From Syntrophales bacterium (GTDB taxonomy: Bacteria > Desulfobacterota > Syntrophia > Syntrophales > PHBD01): DNA of 64,000 nt. Of the stretch, positions 28,124 to 38,950 are shown piece by piece. Both the position numbers and the translations under genes were made by a program. The DNA lies in the NCBI GenBank assembly GCA_963668175.1, contig OY764159.1:2272001-2336000 (forward strand). Reading direction: 5' to 3'. Below the pieces are notes generated by a model. The model was not told where the DNA came from and made no database searches. It worked only from the letters and a program-made list of their open reading frames with translations. Positions within the stretch are counted from its first letter, which is position 1; the number at the start of each line of letters is the position of its first letter.

Positions 28124-30136
28124 ATGCCTAAAAAAGATCTGAAGGATCTGGAAGCGAAGCTGATCGAGCTCTATGAAAAGCTGTTGCCGAAAAAGCCGGA
28201 GAAAAAAGGACCCGTCATAAGCAAGCCGACGGAGAGATACGCCCGGGGCGTCACGGTTAAATCCGGCAAGGACCGCGAAACGTGCGACGAAGAAGCGATT
28301 GTGTTTGTATGGCATGAAAAGGGCATTCTGAAGCCGTCGCAAATGAGATCCGGCCATGCGGCGATGAAGCTCAGCCGTTACAACGAGAAATACGACAAGA
28401 ACCAGCTTGTCAAGTACGTCAGCTGGTGGCCCGGCGGAGGCGCCGGTAAAGATACCAAGGAGCAGCCGGGTCTGCGGTCCGGAAGCACAAGGGACGACAG
28501 AAAAAGCGAAATGAACCGGGATTGGTATCTCAATACGCTGTTGAAGCTTCAGTTCATCAGGGCCGCGACGAAGCAGAAAGACGGTACGGACGATCCGCAG
28601 TTCTGGGAGCTTGCGGAAAACATCTGGAACAGGCTCACCAAGAAGTATCGTGACGAATTCAAGAAACGTTTCAAATGCGACGACGGTTTCTCCAATCTGG
28701 ACGGAATCGAAGCGCAAAAGAGGGAAGACCAGAAAATGGTTTACCAGGCGCCGACCGGTCAGGACGGAAACAAGGTCATGCCCTTCCTGGAGCATGTCGA
28801 TCTGGAAGGCCTGTCGCTCTTTATCCTGTTCAACAGGGCCAATCTGCAGGCCTTCACAAAGACGATCATCCTGAAACAGCCTTATGCCAAGATTTATGTT
28901 CCCTGCTCGTGCCTGCCCGAACGCCTCTATCCCCTGAACCTTTACCGGAGGCGTTGCCCGTGGGGGCTTTCGTTCGACGCCATGGATCTGAGGTTCCGCT
29001 GCTACGAGGAGGGATTTCACACATACAAAATGCAGTCCTTCGAGGACAATTGTATCGGGGCCGTCTGGGAGTGCCTGAAAAGCGGGCTGGCGGAAGTGAT
29101 CACCGACGAGTTCAAGCCGTCCAAAACGTTCGAAAGCAATCTGGCCCATTTTAAATCCCTGATACCGTCCGACGCCATCGATGCGTCGAAGGCGCTAGCG
29201 GACGAAATCGAACGCCTTAACAAGCAGCAGACGTACCTGGACCTGAGGGTATTGGAGCATAAGGAGCCGCTGGCTCAATTGGCGCTTGAGAATATGTGTT
29301 TCGAAGGAAATTGGCGCGACTACCTGCGTGAACCCAAGAAATGGCGCGAATTCAGTTCCGCTCAGGGACTGCGGCCGAGCGCGCTGCGCCCGATCGACGC
29401 GCTCGTGGACAAGTATGTCAACAACGAACGCCTACTGGGGAGGAGCGACAAGAACGACATACAGGACCTGCTGAAACTGGAGGCCGTATGGGAGACGCGC
29501 TGCGATTGCACCAATGGTTTCAGGAAACTCAAGGCGGTCAGAATAGACATCTATCAGGAAATGAAAATCATCGATGAGGCGTTCGGCAATATTCTTAAGA
29601 GACAAGGTCAGACCGGCAGGGGATTCGGCGCTTTCTCGCCGGACGACACCAATACGCTGAACGACCTGCGTCAGGAGCAGACCCTGAGAAACAAGCGCCT
29701 TGAGGAGTTGGAAACGCAACGGCAGGCCATTGAAAAGCAGGCGCCGTCGGCCCTGAAGGCCTGGGAACAGGAACTTGAGAGAAACGAAAAAATACGCCAA
29801 TCCCGGGCGCGGATTCTCGTGGACCTGCACGAAGCCGTCTTCACCTATGTGTTCAAACAGGGCGTATCTCCCGAGAAGCCCGACCGGAGGTACTTCGCCG
29901 TACTGCTTTTAGGGCAGTTCGTTTGCTGGATGTTTACGGAAGTCGCCCACGATAATCTGGCGGTGCGGTTCCACGGCTTCTCGGAAGAAGGGATCAGCTT
30001 TTTCACGGACGAAAAGGAGAAGCGCCTGGGGGACGCCTACCCCCACCTGAGGGTCAACAAGCGCTACACAACGGACGATACGCTCACGAAGGAATTCAAG
30101 GAAGATTACAAGAAGCGCGACCACTTCATCCTGTAA
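28124..30136 (+). CDS. hypothetical effector-like protein (putative permuted papain-like domain plus helical C-terminal region)
   Basis: 670-aa ORF; VFVW...GHAAM...YVSWWP...Y.....NC...V...L..G; no signal peptide; function is inferred. Confidence 0.7.
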   Translation: MPKKDLKDLEAKLIELYEKLLPKKPEKKGPVISKPTERYARGVTVKSGKDRETCDEEAIVFVWHEKGILKPSQMRSGHAAMKLSRYNEKYDKNQLVKYVSWWPGGGAGKDTKEQPGLRSGSTRDDRKSEMNRDWYLNTLLKLQFIRAATKQKDGTDDPQFWELAENIWNRLTKKYRDEFKKRFKCDDGFSNLDGIEAQKREDQKMVYQAPTGQDGNKVMPFLEHVDLEGLSLFILFNRANLQAFTKTIILKQPYAKIYVPCSCLPERLYPLNLYRRRCPWGLSFDAMDLRFRCYEEGFHTYKMQSFEDNCIGAVWECLKSGLAEVITDEFKPSKTFESNLAHFKSLIPSDAIDASKALADEIERLNKQQTYLDLRVLEHKEPLAQLALENMCFEGNWRDYLREPKKWREFSSAQGLRPSALRPIDALVDKYVNNERLLGRSDKNDIQDLLKLEAVWETRCDCTNGFRKLKAVRIDIYQEMKIIDEAFGNILKRQGQTGRGFGAFSPDDTNTLNDLRQEQTLRNKRLEELETQRQAIEKQAPSALKAWEQELERNEKIRQSRARILVDLHEAVFTYVFKQGVSPEKPDRRYFAVLLLGQFVCWMFTEVAHDNLAVRFHGFSEEGISFFTDEKEKRLGDAYPHLRVNKRYTTDDTLTKEFKEDYKKRDHFIL

Positions 30137-30791
30137 GCGTCCTGGGGCGATACCGGCCTTCCGCTTTACAGGCGGCGGACCCGCGCCCTCGCGGTGCGGC
30201 GCCGATTCTTCTTCCTCAAGGCAATAACATGAAAATGACGGATATTGTCGAGGATTTCTTTTGATAAGGGGCATTGCGGCTTTTACTGATTATTTCAGTC
30301 GGGAATCGACGAGCTTTTCAAAAGATTTATCACAATTCAAATAAACATTGACATCATATCCAAATAAAAATAGATATAACCGCAAATTTGCGAAAAGGAG
30401 GTTTTATGTTGAAAATAGAAGCAAGGATGTTCCTGTTCAGGGGATATATTTTATAAATTGGTTTTATCAAATCCAATCAAAAAATAATCCCGCCTGCAGA
30501 AGCAACCTTATATCTTCTTTTTGCTAAAATATTTTCAGCAAATGAGAAGCATACCCCTCTGTAAAGACAGAACAGGACATCCATCCATATTCAATCGTAA
30601 ATTGAAAATGGTTTCATCACGATCATGATTGAAAAGAAAAGTATCGGACAATAGAGTCGAGCCCGCCGTGACAAGACCTTTTTGCGGCAGCCGGGATGAA
30701 CGGTTCGAATTCGTCTCCGTTCGTTTTCGCCGTCTGCATCGCAGGTCGCAGCCGATTTTGTTGTCGGAACTTAATGAAAGGATATTGCGCC

Positions 30792-31553
30792 ATGAAGCAA
30801 TGGTATGAAGAGCTGTTCGAAAACTACGGAATGAAATACGACAACGAGTGCTACACCCAGGGCACCCTTGGCGAATGCGACTTTATCGAAAAAGAGATGG
30901 GTCATGACAAAGGCATGCGGATTCTGGATATTGGCTGCGGAACAGGCAGGCATACGATTGAATTGACCAGAAGAGGCTATACGGTCGTAGGGGTCGATCT
31001 TTCGGATTCGCAGTTGGAACAGGCAAGACGAAAGGCATCCCTGGATAATCTGCAGATCGACTTTCAAAAGCAGGATGCCAGAAATCTTCCCTTCCTGCAC
31101 GAATTCGATTTGGTCGTCATGTTGTGCGAAGGAGGATTCTCACTGATGGAGACCGACAAAATGAATTATCAGATTCTCCGGAATGCCTCCAGCGCCTTGA
31201 AGCAGAAAGGGAAACTGATATTCACCACCCTGAACGCCTTGTTCCCCCTGTTCCATTCCGTCAGAGATTTCCTCGATTCAAACGCAAAAGAAGGGAACTC
31301 GACTTGCGAGAGCATTTCATTCGATTTGATGACTTTCCGGGAATACAACATCGTCCATTTCGAAGACGATCTTGGAAATAATAAAGAACTCCATTGCAAC
31401 GAAAGGTATTATACGCCTTCGGAAATAACCTGGTTGCTGGAGAGCCTTGATTTCGATGTCATCGATATTTTCGGTGCGAAGCTTGGTGCTTTCAGCCGGA
31501 AGGACGAGTTATCGACGGAAGATTTTGAAATGCTGGTCATTGCGGAAAAATGA
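30792..31553 (+). CDS. class I SAM-dependent methyltransferase
   Basis: ILDIGCGTGRH, VGVDLS. Confidence 0.9.
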   Translation: MKQWYEELFENYGMKYDNECYTQGTLGECDFIEKEMGHDKGMRILDIGCGTGRHTIELTRRGYTVVGVDLSDSQLEQARRKASLDNLQIDFQKQDARNLPFLHEFDLVVMLCEGGFSLMETDKMNYQILRNASSALKQKGKLIFTTLNALFPLFHSVRDFLDSNAKEGNSTCESISFDLMTFREYNIVHFEDDLGNNKELHCNERYYTPSEITWLLESLDFDVIDIFGAKLGAFSRKDELSTEDFEMLVIAEK

Positions 31554-31579
31554 GTGTGAAACGCTGAACCGGTGTTTGA

Positions 31580-31611
31580 CCCGGTAGCGGCCCGGCAGGG
31601 CCGCTATCGGG
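31580..31611. terminator. stem-loop between convergent genes
   Basis: CCCGGTAGCGGCCC-GGCA-GGGCCGCTATCGGG. Confidence 0.55.
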
Positions 31612-31748
31612 CCGTTTCCCGTTCCGCTTTTAAGTGGTGATTCACACGTGAAGTGTTTGCAACGTCGTTTGCCGGTCGATGAAGTCCTCGGCGAAGCCGT
31701 CGATCCGGCCGTGTCCGTCGAATCTTGCCCGGGGGGATCGGTGGACGT

Positions 31749-32228
31749 TTATATGCCGATCTCTTCAAAGACAAAATCCCGGGAGGATTTGAACAGGACC
31801 AGAAAGACGAACACCATGAGCGGCGTCAGCGGCGTAACGATCCCGAGGGGCAGCCTGAAATAATGCCCGATGATCCCGCACGCGCCCCCCATGGCCGCGC
31901 ACGTAATAACCTTCGCCAGCCTGAATTTTAAAAACACCCGATACGTTTTCGCCGGTTTTCCGTTCACGAACAGGGCGCACGCCATGTTGCCCAAGGTCAG
32001 ATTCCTCACGTTGAAGACGATCCTGTACTGATTCTCGCCGCCGGCGAATTCGTGCCTTTTGAACGGTACAGCGGAATCCTTCTCCGAAACCGGCTCTCCG
32101 TTGAGGTAGACGGATTCTTTTTTCTCGGACGGCGAAAGCCCCGCGACGATGGTATCGTCGCCCTGCGTAAAGACGAACCAGAAGCCTTTCGCCCGGGACG
32201 CCGTGTTTTCTGTCGGCAATTTCTCCAA
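31749..32228 (-). CDS. hypothetical membrane protein
   Basis: TTG start after GAGGTG; soluble beta-rich N-terminus and two C-terminal TMs. Confidence 0.6.
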   Translation of the reverse strand: MEKLPTENTASRAKGFWFVFTQGDDTIVAGLSPSEKKESVYLNGEPVSEKDSAVPFKRHEFAGGENQYRIVFNVRNLTLGNMACALFVNGKPAKTYRVFLKFRLAKVITCAAMGGACGIIGHYFRLPLGIVTPLTPLMVFVFLVLFKSSRDFVFEEIGI

Positions 32229-32375
32229 TTCGGTTCACCTCAAATATTCAATTCATTAATGGGCGGCGATGTCTCAGGCAGGGAACGGCTTATGAACGAT
32301 AAGAGCCGTTCGTTACGTATCCTTGCGCAATTCCCGCAATCCAACGCAATAGTGAAGGGAGACGGCGGGGGCGGC

Positions 32376-33275
32376 TCAGTGCGGTTTGCGGCCTTCCCGT
32401 TTCAGCGTCCGCATCTCGTCCAGAAGCTTGTCGTAGTCGCCGCCGGAGCCGCGGAGGGCCTCTTTCCCGAAAGCGCCGTCGTGGAGTTCTTCCATTTTCT
32501 TGAGTTGCTCCAGGGCCGTCGGGTTCTTGGCGAAAGCCTGGTCCACCATCTCCAGCTGTCTTTCCCCGGCATGCTTGAGATCGGAAAGGTCGACCTGGAA
32601 GCCCGTCATTTTCAGGACCTTGCTCAGCAGCCGATAGCAGCCCGTGTGATTGAGGTCGTTGATATAAAGGGGGAGCCTTGCCGAGGCGCCCACGACTTCG
32701 ATGTTCTGCTCGTTGCCCTGGAAGGCGAGCATGGTGATGAAGCTGCACGGACCGGTGTAGTCCGTGAAGTTGACGAAGGGCGCCAGTTCGCGTTTTATCT
32801 CTTCATGGCTGACGACGGTGTTGATTCTCGTTTCCCTGGTGTGGGGCACCTGGTCGAAATAGCCGCCCAGGCAATAGATTCTCCGCACCCGGAATTCGCG
32901 AGCCAGATCGAATATCGCGCGGCCGTATTCCGGCCAGTTCAAATTCGGTTCCGCGCCCTGCAAAAGGATGAGATCGTGGCCGGTCCCGCTCTTCCAGTAG
33001 AAGAGGTCGTTTTCGGGGCTGTCGAGGACCCTCACCACGCCCTCGATGATCTGGGCATGGGGACGCATGGTCAACTCCGGGCTCGCGCTGGGGACCTGAT
33101 AGACATAGAAGCCGCGCGAATCGATGCGGCCGAGTTTCCGGGCGCCGACCTTGCGCCGCAGGTAGTCGATGCCGCCCGTGGCGACCTCGCCGGCGTTGAG
33201 CCAGCCCTTCAAGCCGATAATGATGTAGGGGTCCGTCAATTCCGGGTACTCGGAAAAGATAAGCCGGTCGTTCAT
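32376..33275 (-). CDS. PAC2 (proteasome assembly chaperone) family protein
   Basis: IIGLKGWLNAGEVAT, GAEPNLNW, VPHTR, YTGP, VDLSDL. Confidence 0.85.
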   Translation of the reverse strand: MNDRLIFSEYPELTDPYIIIGLKGWLNAGEVATGGIDYLRRKVGARKLGRIDSRGFYVYQVPSASPELTMRPHAQIIEGVVRVLDSPENDLFYWKSGTGHDLILLQGAEPNLNWPEYGRAIFDLAREFRVRRIYCLGGYFDQVPHTRETRINTVVSHEEIKRELAPFVNFTDYTGPCSFITMLAFQGNEQNIEVVGASARLPLYINDLNHTGCYRLLSKVLKMTGFQVDLSDLKHAGERQLEMVDQAFAKNPTALEQLKKMEELHDGAFGKEALRGSGGDYDKLLDEMRTLKREGRKPH

Positions 33276-33618
33276 AGGGTCCCGTCCCTTCTTCATGCTG
33301 CGGCGCTTCCTCCGATACCCCGGGCGGGAGGCCCCATGCCCTTCGCTTCGTGTCCCTTCATCGTTCGAAGCATGCCGGCGCCGCGGTTCCTGCCCCGTTC
33401 TTATCGCCACTCTCCGGCGCGACGCCGGAGGGTTCTGAAACACCTTGTATTCCAATATAAAGCAGGAGAACGGCCATGTCAATGCCGGCATGACGGCGGG
33501 ATCGAATATCCGCCTGGAAAGCGGCGGCTGAAAGGACGGCGTATTGCAGCGATATCGCTTCGATTTTCGCCGCTGCGGCATCCTGTTGCCGGATATTGGC
33601 AAGCGATTCCGTTTGCGA

Positions 33619-35505
33619 TCAGAAGTCCCTGAAATCGCCTTCGTCGGTTAATGCGGTCTTTTTGATTTTCGTTCTCGGATTTTGGGCGCCGCGCCCGGCA
33701 GCGGGCGCCGGCAGGGCCGCTTTCGCCGTTCCCCGCAACTTGGCGGCGGGCCGGTCCGGGATGGCGGGCTCCGCCTCCTTTGCCTTGTCCGCCCGGATAT
33801 AGACGTTGCCGCCGACGACCGCCTGCAACCCTTTCACATGGTCCTGCATCTGAGCGGCCTGGGCCTTCAATTCTTCGGCGGTGCCGGCCGACTCCTCGGC
33901 GCCGGCGGCCGTGCGCTGCGTCACCTTATCCATCTCCGAGACGGCCCTGTTGATCTGTTCGATCCCCTGGGCCTGTTCCTTCATGGACGAATCGATGGCC
34001 TTGATCAGCTCGTTGGTCTTCTTGCCTTCTTCGCCCATCAGGTAGAAATCCTGCAACGTCCTGGCCACCAGGCTGTTGCCGTTGTCGATTTCCTGCAGCA
34101 TTTCGCCGAGTATCTTCTCGGTGTTCTTGGCCGCCTCGGCCGAGCGCATGGCGAGGCTGCGCACTTCTTCGGCGACGACGGCGAACCCCGCCCCCGTCTC
34201 GCCGGCGCGGGCGGCCTCCACGGCGGCGTTCAAAGCCAACAGATTGATCTGGAAGGCGATTTCGTCGCTGGCCTTGATGATCTTAGCCGCCTGGGCCCCC
34301 GATACGCCGATGCGCTTCATGCAATCGCTCGTTTCGCGAAGCGACTTGTGGGAACTTCGCATGGCCTGGTATGACCTGTCCCCCGTCTCCGCCATCAGGT
34401 TGGAATTCTCCAGGGTCGTCTTGGACATGGAGGACATTTCCTCGAGGGACGAAGATGTTTCTTCCAGGGATGCGGCCTGCGTCGATGTCGAGTCCGCCAG
34501 TTCCTGGCTGGATGCGGTAATATGGTTCGCCGCGGCGGACACTTGACCGTGCGAAGCGGACAGGCCGCGTATTGCGCGGTTCAGGGTCCGGACCGCGGAC
34601 CGGACGGAGAGATAGTTTACGGCGACGATGATGAAGCCGATGACGATCGCGGCGGCAAAAGCGGGGATAATGGTGCCCATCAGCGCCCGTTCCGTCTGCG
34701 CCCGGTCCTTGCCGATAAAGAACATGCCGACGATTTTACCGTCGACGTCCTTTATGGGCCAGTAGGCCGTATCGTAATTCCTGCCCAGGATTTTGTTGAC
34801 ATTGAGGAATATCTCCCCTTTGGCGAGGACCGTATCCAGCACCCTCTGGTTGTCCATCTTCGTCCCGACGGCCCGTTTGCCGCCCGTCATGATGGTAGTC
34901 GCCACCCTTGTGTCGCCCTGGAAGATCGTGCATTCCACGCCATAGTATTTCTTCATTTCGTCCACGAAGGCGTCAGACGCAAGATCGAATCCCGCAGTCA
35001 CGGACCCGACCACGGTGTTTCCGCTGCGGACCGGGTTGCCTGCCCGGAGGGAGAATTTGACCACGGTTCCTTCCTCGACGCCCGTCGTCGCCTGGCCGGC
35101 AAGGGCCTTCTTAACATTGGCCTGTCCCAGGACACTGTCCCCCGTTTTATCGGAATGTCCGCGTCCGATTACTTTGCCGTTCCTGTCGGCAATCGTCAGA
35201 ACGGAGACCTGGCGGGACTTCACGTACCCCCTGGCGATATTCCGCACGGCGGCCGAATCCCCTTTCTCCACCGCCGCGATCAGGTCCGCTCTTTCCGACA
35301 GGACGGCGGCAACGGTGGTCGCCCTGTCCCTCATATCGTCCACGTGGATGCGAACCTGTTCGGCCATCTTTCGGACGTCCGCCTGGCTCTGTTTAAAGAC
35401 GGCGCTGCTGAGCATGAAATAGCTCGTCCAGTAAACAATTCCTCCGACCAAAACGGCCGTAATCACGATCAAAGTAATGGTTTTGCCGAACAGCGACATC
35501 TTCAT
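33619..35505 (-). CDS. methyl-accepting chemotaxis protein with Cache-type sensor
   Basis: Two TMs; [37 protein letters not shown]. Confidence 0.95.
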   Translation of the reverse strand: MKMSLFGKTITLIVITAVLVGGIVYWTSYFMLSSAVFKQSQADVRKMAEQVRIHVDDMRDRATTVAAVLSERADLIAAVEKGDSAAVRNIARGYVKSRQVSVLTIADRNGKVIGRGHSDKTGDSVLGQANVKKALAGQATTGVEEGTVVKFSLRAGNPVRSGNTVVGSVTAGFDLASDAFVDEMKKYYGVECTIFQGDTRVATTIMTGGKRAVGTKMDNQRVLDTVLAKGEIFLNVNKILGRNYDTAYWPIKDVDGKIVGMFFIGKDRAQTERALMGTIIPAFAAAIVIGFIIVAVNYLSVRSAVRTLNRAIRGLSASHGQVSAAANHITASSQELADSTSTQAASLEETSSSLEEMSSMSKTTLENSNLMAETGDRSYQAMRSSHKSLRETSDCMKRIGVSGAQAAKIIKASDEIAFQINLLALNAAVEAARAGETGAGFAVVAEEVRSLAMRSAEAAKNTEKILGEMLQEIDNGNSLVARTLQDFYLMGEEGKKTNELIKAIDSSMKEQAQGIEQINRAVSEMDKVTQRTAAGAEESAGTAEELKAQAAQMQDHVKGLQAVVGGNVYIRADKAKEAEPAIPDRPAAKLRGTAKAALPAPAAGRGAQNPRTKIKKTALTDEGDFRDF

Positions 35506-35632
35506 GTCCTCACCCCTGTTGTCTGCTTGGAACGATTATTTTTCCGAAGACCGCCTTCCTGATTTATCGGGCGCAACGCAACAACCGCCTGCCGGACGCC
35601 GCGATCCCCGCTGACTCCGTTTTTGATAATAC

Positions 35633-35648
35633 AGCAAATAGTGTACCA
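35633..35648 (-). promoter_or_regulatory. sigma54 promoter of MCP gene
   Basis: Minus strand TGGTACACTATTTGCT (GG-N10-GC). Confidence 0.65.
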
Positions 35649-35836
35649 CATCGGAAATCGGGGCTGAAGATGTTATGTTTAATGATAACAGATATATACG
35701 TGTTGTCGGGCTGGACGGGCGGCCTGTGTTTCCGGAATGGGGCTCCGGGGCGATCGTCGATTTTCCGGCCGCCGTCCGGTGCGGGAATGAAGGTATGCGG
35801 TTTTGTCCAGATGGATTGTTGCGATTCTCAATTCGA

Positions 35837-36454
35837 TCAGGCGCAGGAATCGGGCCGGGGGTCGCGCAGCATAAGCCAGATTGTCGGCCCGTCTTTGCCG
35901 AGCGGAAATGCCCTGGTCACCGTGAAACCGTGCCTCAGGTACAGGTCCCTGTTTCTTGCGGTCGATGCTTCCAGATAGGCGGGCAGGCGCAGTTCGTCGC
36001 ATTTGACGAGGACCTGACGCAAAAGTGCGCTTCCGGCGCCGCGCCCCTGTAACCGGGGCGTTACGGCAAGGGCAAAGAGATAATAGTGCGGGAACGACGG
36101 ATGCAGGTTCTGCATTGCCTGAACGCGGGGGAACACGATGGGCATCCGGGTGCATTTGCAGACTTTCAGGTAAGCGGGGAGCAGCGCGAGCTGTTTTGTC
36201 AGGCTCAGCTTCCACGTCCCCGGCGGACACCACAGGGCGGCCCCGGCGCCGTCGTCCGTGACGTAAACCTCGCCGAACGGGAAGGTGAGCTTATCGAAGG
36301 CCGTTTGGAAAAGAAGACGGATTGCCTCCCCGCGCTTTCCGTCCTGGCGCACCGTCCAGTTGACGAGAGGGTCGGCGTCGAAAGCCCCTGTCAATAGATC
36401 GATGCAGGCGGCGCGGTCCGATGCCGCCGCCTTGCGGATGCCGTCCGCCGCCAT
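35837..36454 (-). CDS. GNAT N-acetyltransferase (puromycin acetyltransferase-like)
   Basis: GAALW.PP, HYYLFALAVTPRLQGRGAGSALL, AYLEAS..RN..LY..HGF. Confidence 0.9.
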   Translation of the reverse strand: MAADGIRKAAASDRAACIDLLTGAFDADPLVNWTVRQDGKRGEAIRLLFQTAFDKLTFPFGEVYVTDDGAGAALWCPPGTWKLSLTKQLALLPAYLKVCKCTRMPIVFPRVQAMQNLHPSFPHYYLFALAVTPRLQGRGAGSALLRQVLVKCDELRLPAYLEASTARNRDLYLRHGFTVTRAFPLGKDGPTIWLMLRDPRPDSCA

Positions 36455-36458
36455 CGTT

Positions 36459-37448
36459 CTAATTCTCCCGGATCAACGGGTGGTGCCAGCAGCGGAAGGC
36501 GCCGCCCCACATGAAGACTGCGGAAAACGGCGTCGCGATGACGTCCTGGCCGGCCTTCGCCAGGGCCTCGCCCAGCTCCGGCAGCTCCGCAGCGACGAGG
36601 TCGGTCTTTTCGTCGAGGACTAGCATGTTCGTGGCGAGCTTCTCCTCGGCGTCCTTCGCGGGCACTTCGATGAGGTCCCAACCCTTGAGGAAGGAAGGAA
36701 GCCCGTCGGCGAACCCCTCCCTGCAAACCACCGCCAGGCCCCGCCGGGGCGTGGAGAGGACGCAGTCGAGGTGGAGGAAGTTCTTCGTCAATCGCACTTC
36801 GTGGATGCGGTAGGCCTCCCCGAGAATCGTCCGGAGGCACTGCATCCCCGCGCGGTTGGAGGCGTTGCCGCTGTTGCCCACGTAGATGTCATGGCCCAGG
36901 ACGAAGACGTCGCCGCCTTCGAGGAACGGGCCCGGCCCGAACGATCCGCTCTCGTCCTCCGCCAGCGGAGCCGGTTCGGGAATGGAGGCCAGGCGGCAGC
37001 CGCGAAGTCTTTCTGCGAGGGTCCGGCGGATGGGGAAGCGCTCGTTGCGCCGCATGGGGGCGTACATGGCCGTCTCGATAAGCGTGTCGCCGATGACGAC
37101 GATGGGGTCCCGGGGAAAGTACTGCTGGATGTTGCCGTATCCGAGGTCGGCGAGGTAGGCCTCCTCATACGGCTCGAACGGCGCAATCTGATGCACGGCG
37201 ATACCGCGGTCCCGGAGGATGGCGACGGCCCGGTCGATCTGCGCGACAGCCGCTTCGTGCAGCTCCGGCACGGCCTCCGCGAGCGTCATCCCCGCCTTCT
37301 CCTTGAGGACCTCCGCGGCCAGCGCCATGGCGGCCGGAGGCATGAAGTTCGCGACATAACGGGGAAGCCGGCTTCCCAGCCGGATGTGGGGATACCCCAC
37401 CACGGCCTCGCGCAGCCTGTCCCACTCGTATTCGACTTTCAGTGTCAT
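36459..37448 (-). CDS. amidinotransferase (pentein superfamily)
   Basis: EWDRLREAVVG, FPRDP, EGGD, HLDC, GGAFRC. Confidence 0.85.
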   Translation of the reverse strand: MTLKVEYEWDRLREAVVGYPHIRLGSRLPRYVANFMPPAAMALAAEVLKEKAGMTLAEAVPELHEAAVAQIDRAVAILRDRGIAVHQIAPFEPYEEAYLADLGYGNIQQYFPRDPIVVIGDTLIETAMYAPMRRNERFPIRRTLAERLRGCRLASIPEPAPLAEDESGSFGPGPFLEGGDVFVLGHDIYVGNSGNASNRAGMQCLRTILGEAYRIHEVRLTKNFLHLDCVLSTPRRGLAVVCREGFADGLPSFLKGWDLIEVPAKDAEEKLATNMLVLDEKTDLVAAELPELGEALAKAGQDVIATPFSAVFMWGGAFRCWHHPLIREN

Positions 37449-37672
37449 CCCGTTTACCTCCTGAGACGCCCATCATACCGCATCCGGAGGCATCCGGCAA
37501 GCACCGCCGAATGGCACGTTTAACTTTTAACGCGTCACATGTTTACTTAGGGAAGAAGGGAGTATGACTGCTTACACCTACCTATCAACATTAGATGTGT
37601 CTCCGGGATTTAATGATAACCGATCGTAAGGGAGTAAAACATCACATCAACTGCGCAAAAAGAAGTTATGGT

Positions 37673-37996
37673 CTAATGCCCAGTTTCTTGTGACGGGGTA
37701 AAACTTTTGCAGACGGGACACTCCGATTGACTGAGCAGATAGATTAACCACCGATCTGCACTTTGACCTTTGACGGCAAGCCATACCCAACGGGAACCGC
37801 ATGAAGGACAGCAAATGCCGATACAGGCGAATGATGAACCAAATGAGATCAAAACCATGCCAAAGAACACGGGCGACAGAAGCGTACCGTGCGAAACCCC
37901 ATAAACTAAGAGAAGTCCGCCACCAATGACAAGCACACAGCATAATACCGCTTTCCACCACTGCCCAGTTCTCTTGATAACAGAATGATCAAACAT
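37673..37996 (-). CDS. small membrane protein with two CxxC motifs
   Basis: Two TMs followed by CPSC...CPVC; in an AT-richer islet. Confidence 0.6.
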   Translation of the reverse strand: MFDHSVIKRTGQWWKAVLCCVLVIGGGLLLVYGVSHGTLLSPVFFGMVLISFGSSFACIGICCPSCGSRWVWLAVKGQSADRWLIYLLSQSECPVCKSFTPSQETGH

Positions 37997-38317
37997 ATGA
38001 AAAACTCAGGATGCACAAAAGGGGGTTCAGTTCGCAATCTAGTCGTCGGTATAAAGTTTCGTGGTTCTTCGTTAAGCAGTATGGACTTTTTTTAATTTTC
38101 CACAGTATTTACATCACTAGAACTGATAACAGTATGTTATCTTGCCTAATTGATGAATGGTAGCAAGCAAATATTCGGGAAGTGTTGTCAGCATATCATG
38201 ACGTTTTGCTTGCTGCTTTCCCGATGTGTATTTCCACCGGTATTCCGTGTCCATGTTCAGTTTATATCTCGCTCAACCAGATAATCTCCGATTCAAGCAC
38301 CTTCTGACGGACTCCGT

Positions 38318-38620
38318 TCATACATGGGCAAGTTCATGAATTTGTGAAAGCCTTCTACGGCCGATGACCTTTTCCGCTGTCTTGAGGTCGTATGCTGCCT
38401 GAAGATTGATCCAAAATTGTGGTGTTTGTCCAAATGCCTTACCAAATAGCAAAGCCATTTCAGCAGTGACGGGTCTTTTACCTTTTACTACATGGGAAAT
38501 TCTCATAGCCGAAAGGCCGACAGCGCGGGCAAATACCGCTTGGGATATCCCCAATTCGTCAAGAATCTCCTTGAGAAATTCCCCCGGATGGACCGGAGGC
38601 AAAGCGTTTCTCGGATTCAT
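38318..38620 (-). CDS. higA: HigA family antitoxin (HTH)
   Basis: PVHPGEFLKEIL, GKRPVTAEMAL, FWINLQAAYDL. Confidence 0.92.
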   Translation of the reverse strand: MNPRNALPPVHPGEFLKEILDELGISQAVFARAVGLSAMRISHVVKGKRPVTAEMALLFGKAFGQTPQFWINLQAAYDLKTAEKVIGRRRLSQIHELAHV

Positions 38621-38632
38621 GGTTTTCTCTCC

Positions 38633-38914
38633 TTAGTGATAATCAACAATTTCAACATTGAAAGCTTCCCCGTTTTCAAATTGAAAACAAATGCGCCATT
38701 GATCGTTTATGCGGATACTCCATTGCCCGGTGCGTTTTCCACTCAATGTTTCCAGGCGATTGGAGGGAGGCATGCGGAGATCGTCGATAACCATTGCCGC
38801 GTCAAGTTGTGTCAACCGCTTTATAGCCCGTTTCAGAATGTCCGGCGGAAACCGTTTGGATTTTCCAGTCGTATAAAGCCGTTCTGTGTCGATATCCGCA
38901 AACGATTTAATCAT
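38633..38914 (-). CDS. higB: HigB family toxin (RelE superfamily)
   Basis: MIKSFAD..TE.L, DLRMPPSNRLETL.G.R.GQWSIRINDQWRICF, VEIVDYH; toxin-first gene order. Confidence 0.92.
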   Translation of the reverse strand: MIKSFADIDTERLYTTGKSKRFPPDILKRAIKRLTQLDAAMVIDDLRMPPSNRLETLSGKRTGQWSIRINDQWRICFQFENGEAFNVEIVDYH

Positions 38915-38921
38915 GATTTGG

Positions 38922-38950
38922 ACTATAAACAAATTGTTTACACAAGTCAA
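38922..38950 (-). promoter_or_regulatory. higBA promoter with palindromic operator
   Basis: TTGACT-N17-TATAGT ends 7 nt before the ATG; TAAACAA-A-TTGTTTA palindrome at 38926-38940. Confidence 0.75.

Noticed and set aside
30655..30730. GGTTCGAAT resembling a tRNA T-loop
   Set aside because: The T-stem is imperfect, and no acceptor, D or anticodon arms can be built.
37600..38318. attC sites around the higBA islet
   Set aside because: Only partial AAC/GTT matches; no complementary R boxes bracketing the ORFs.
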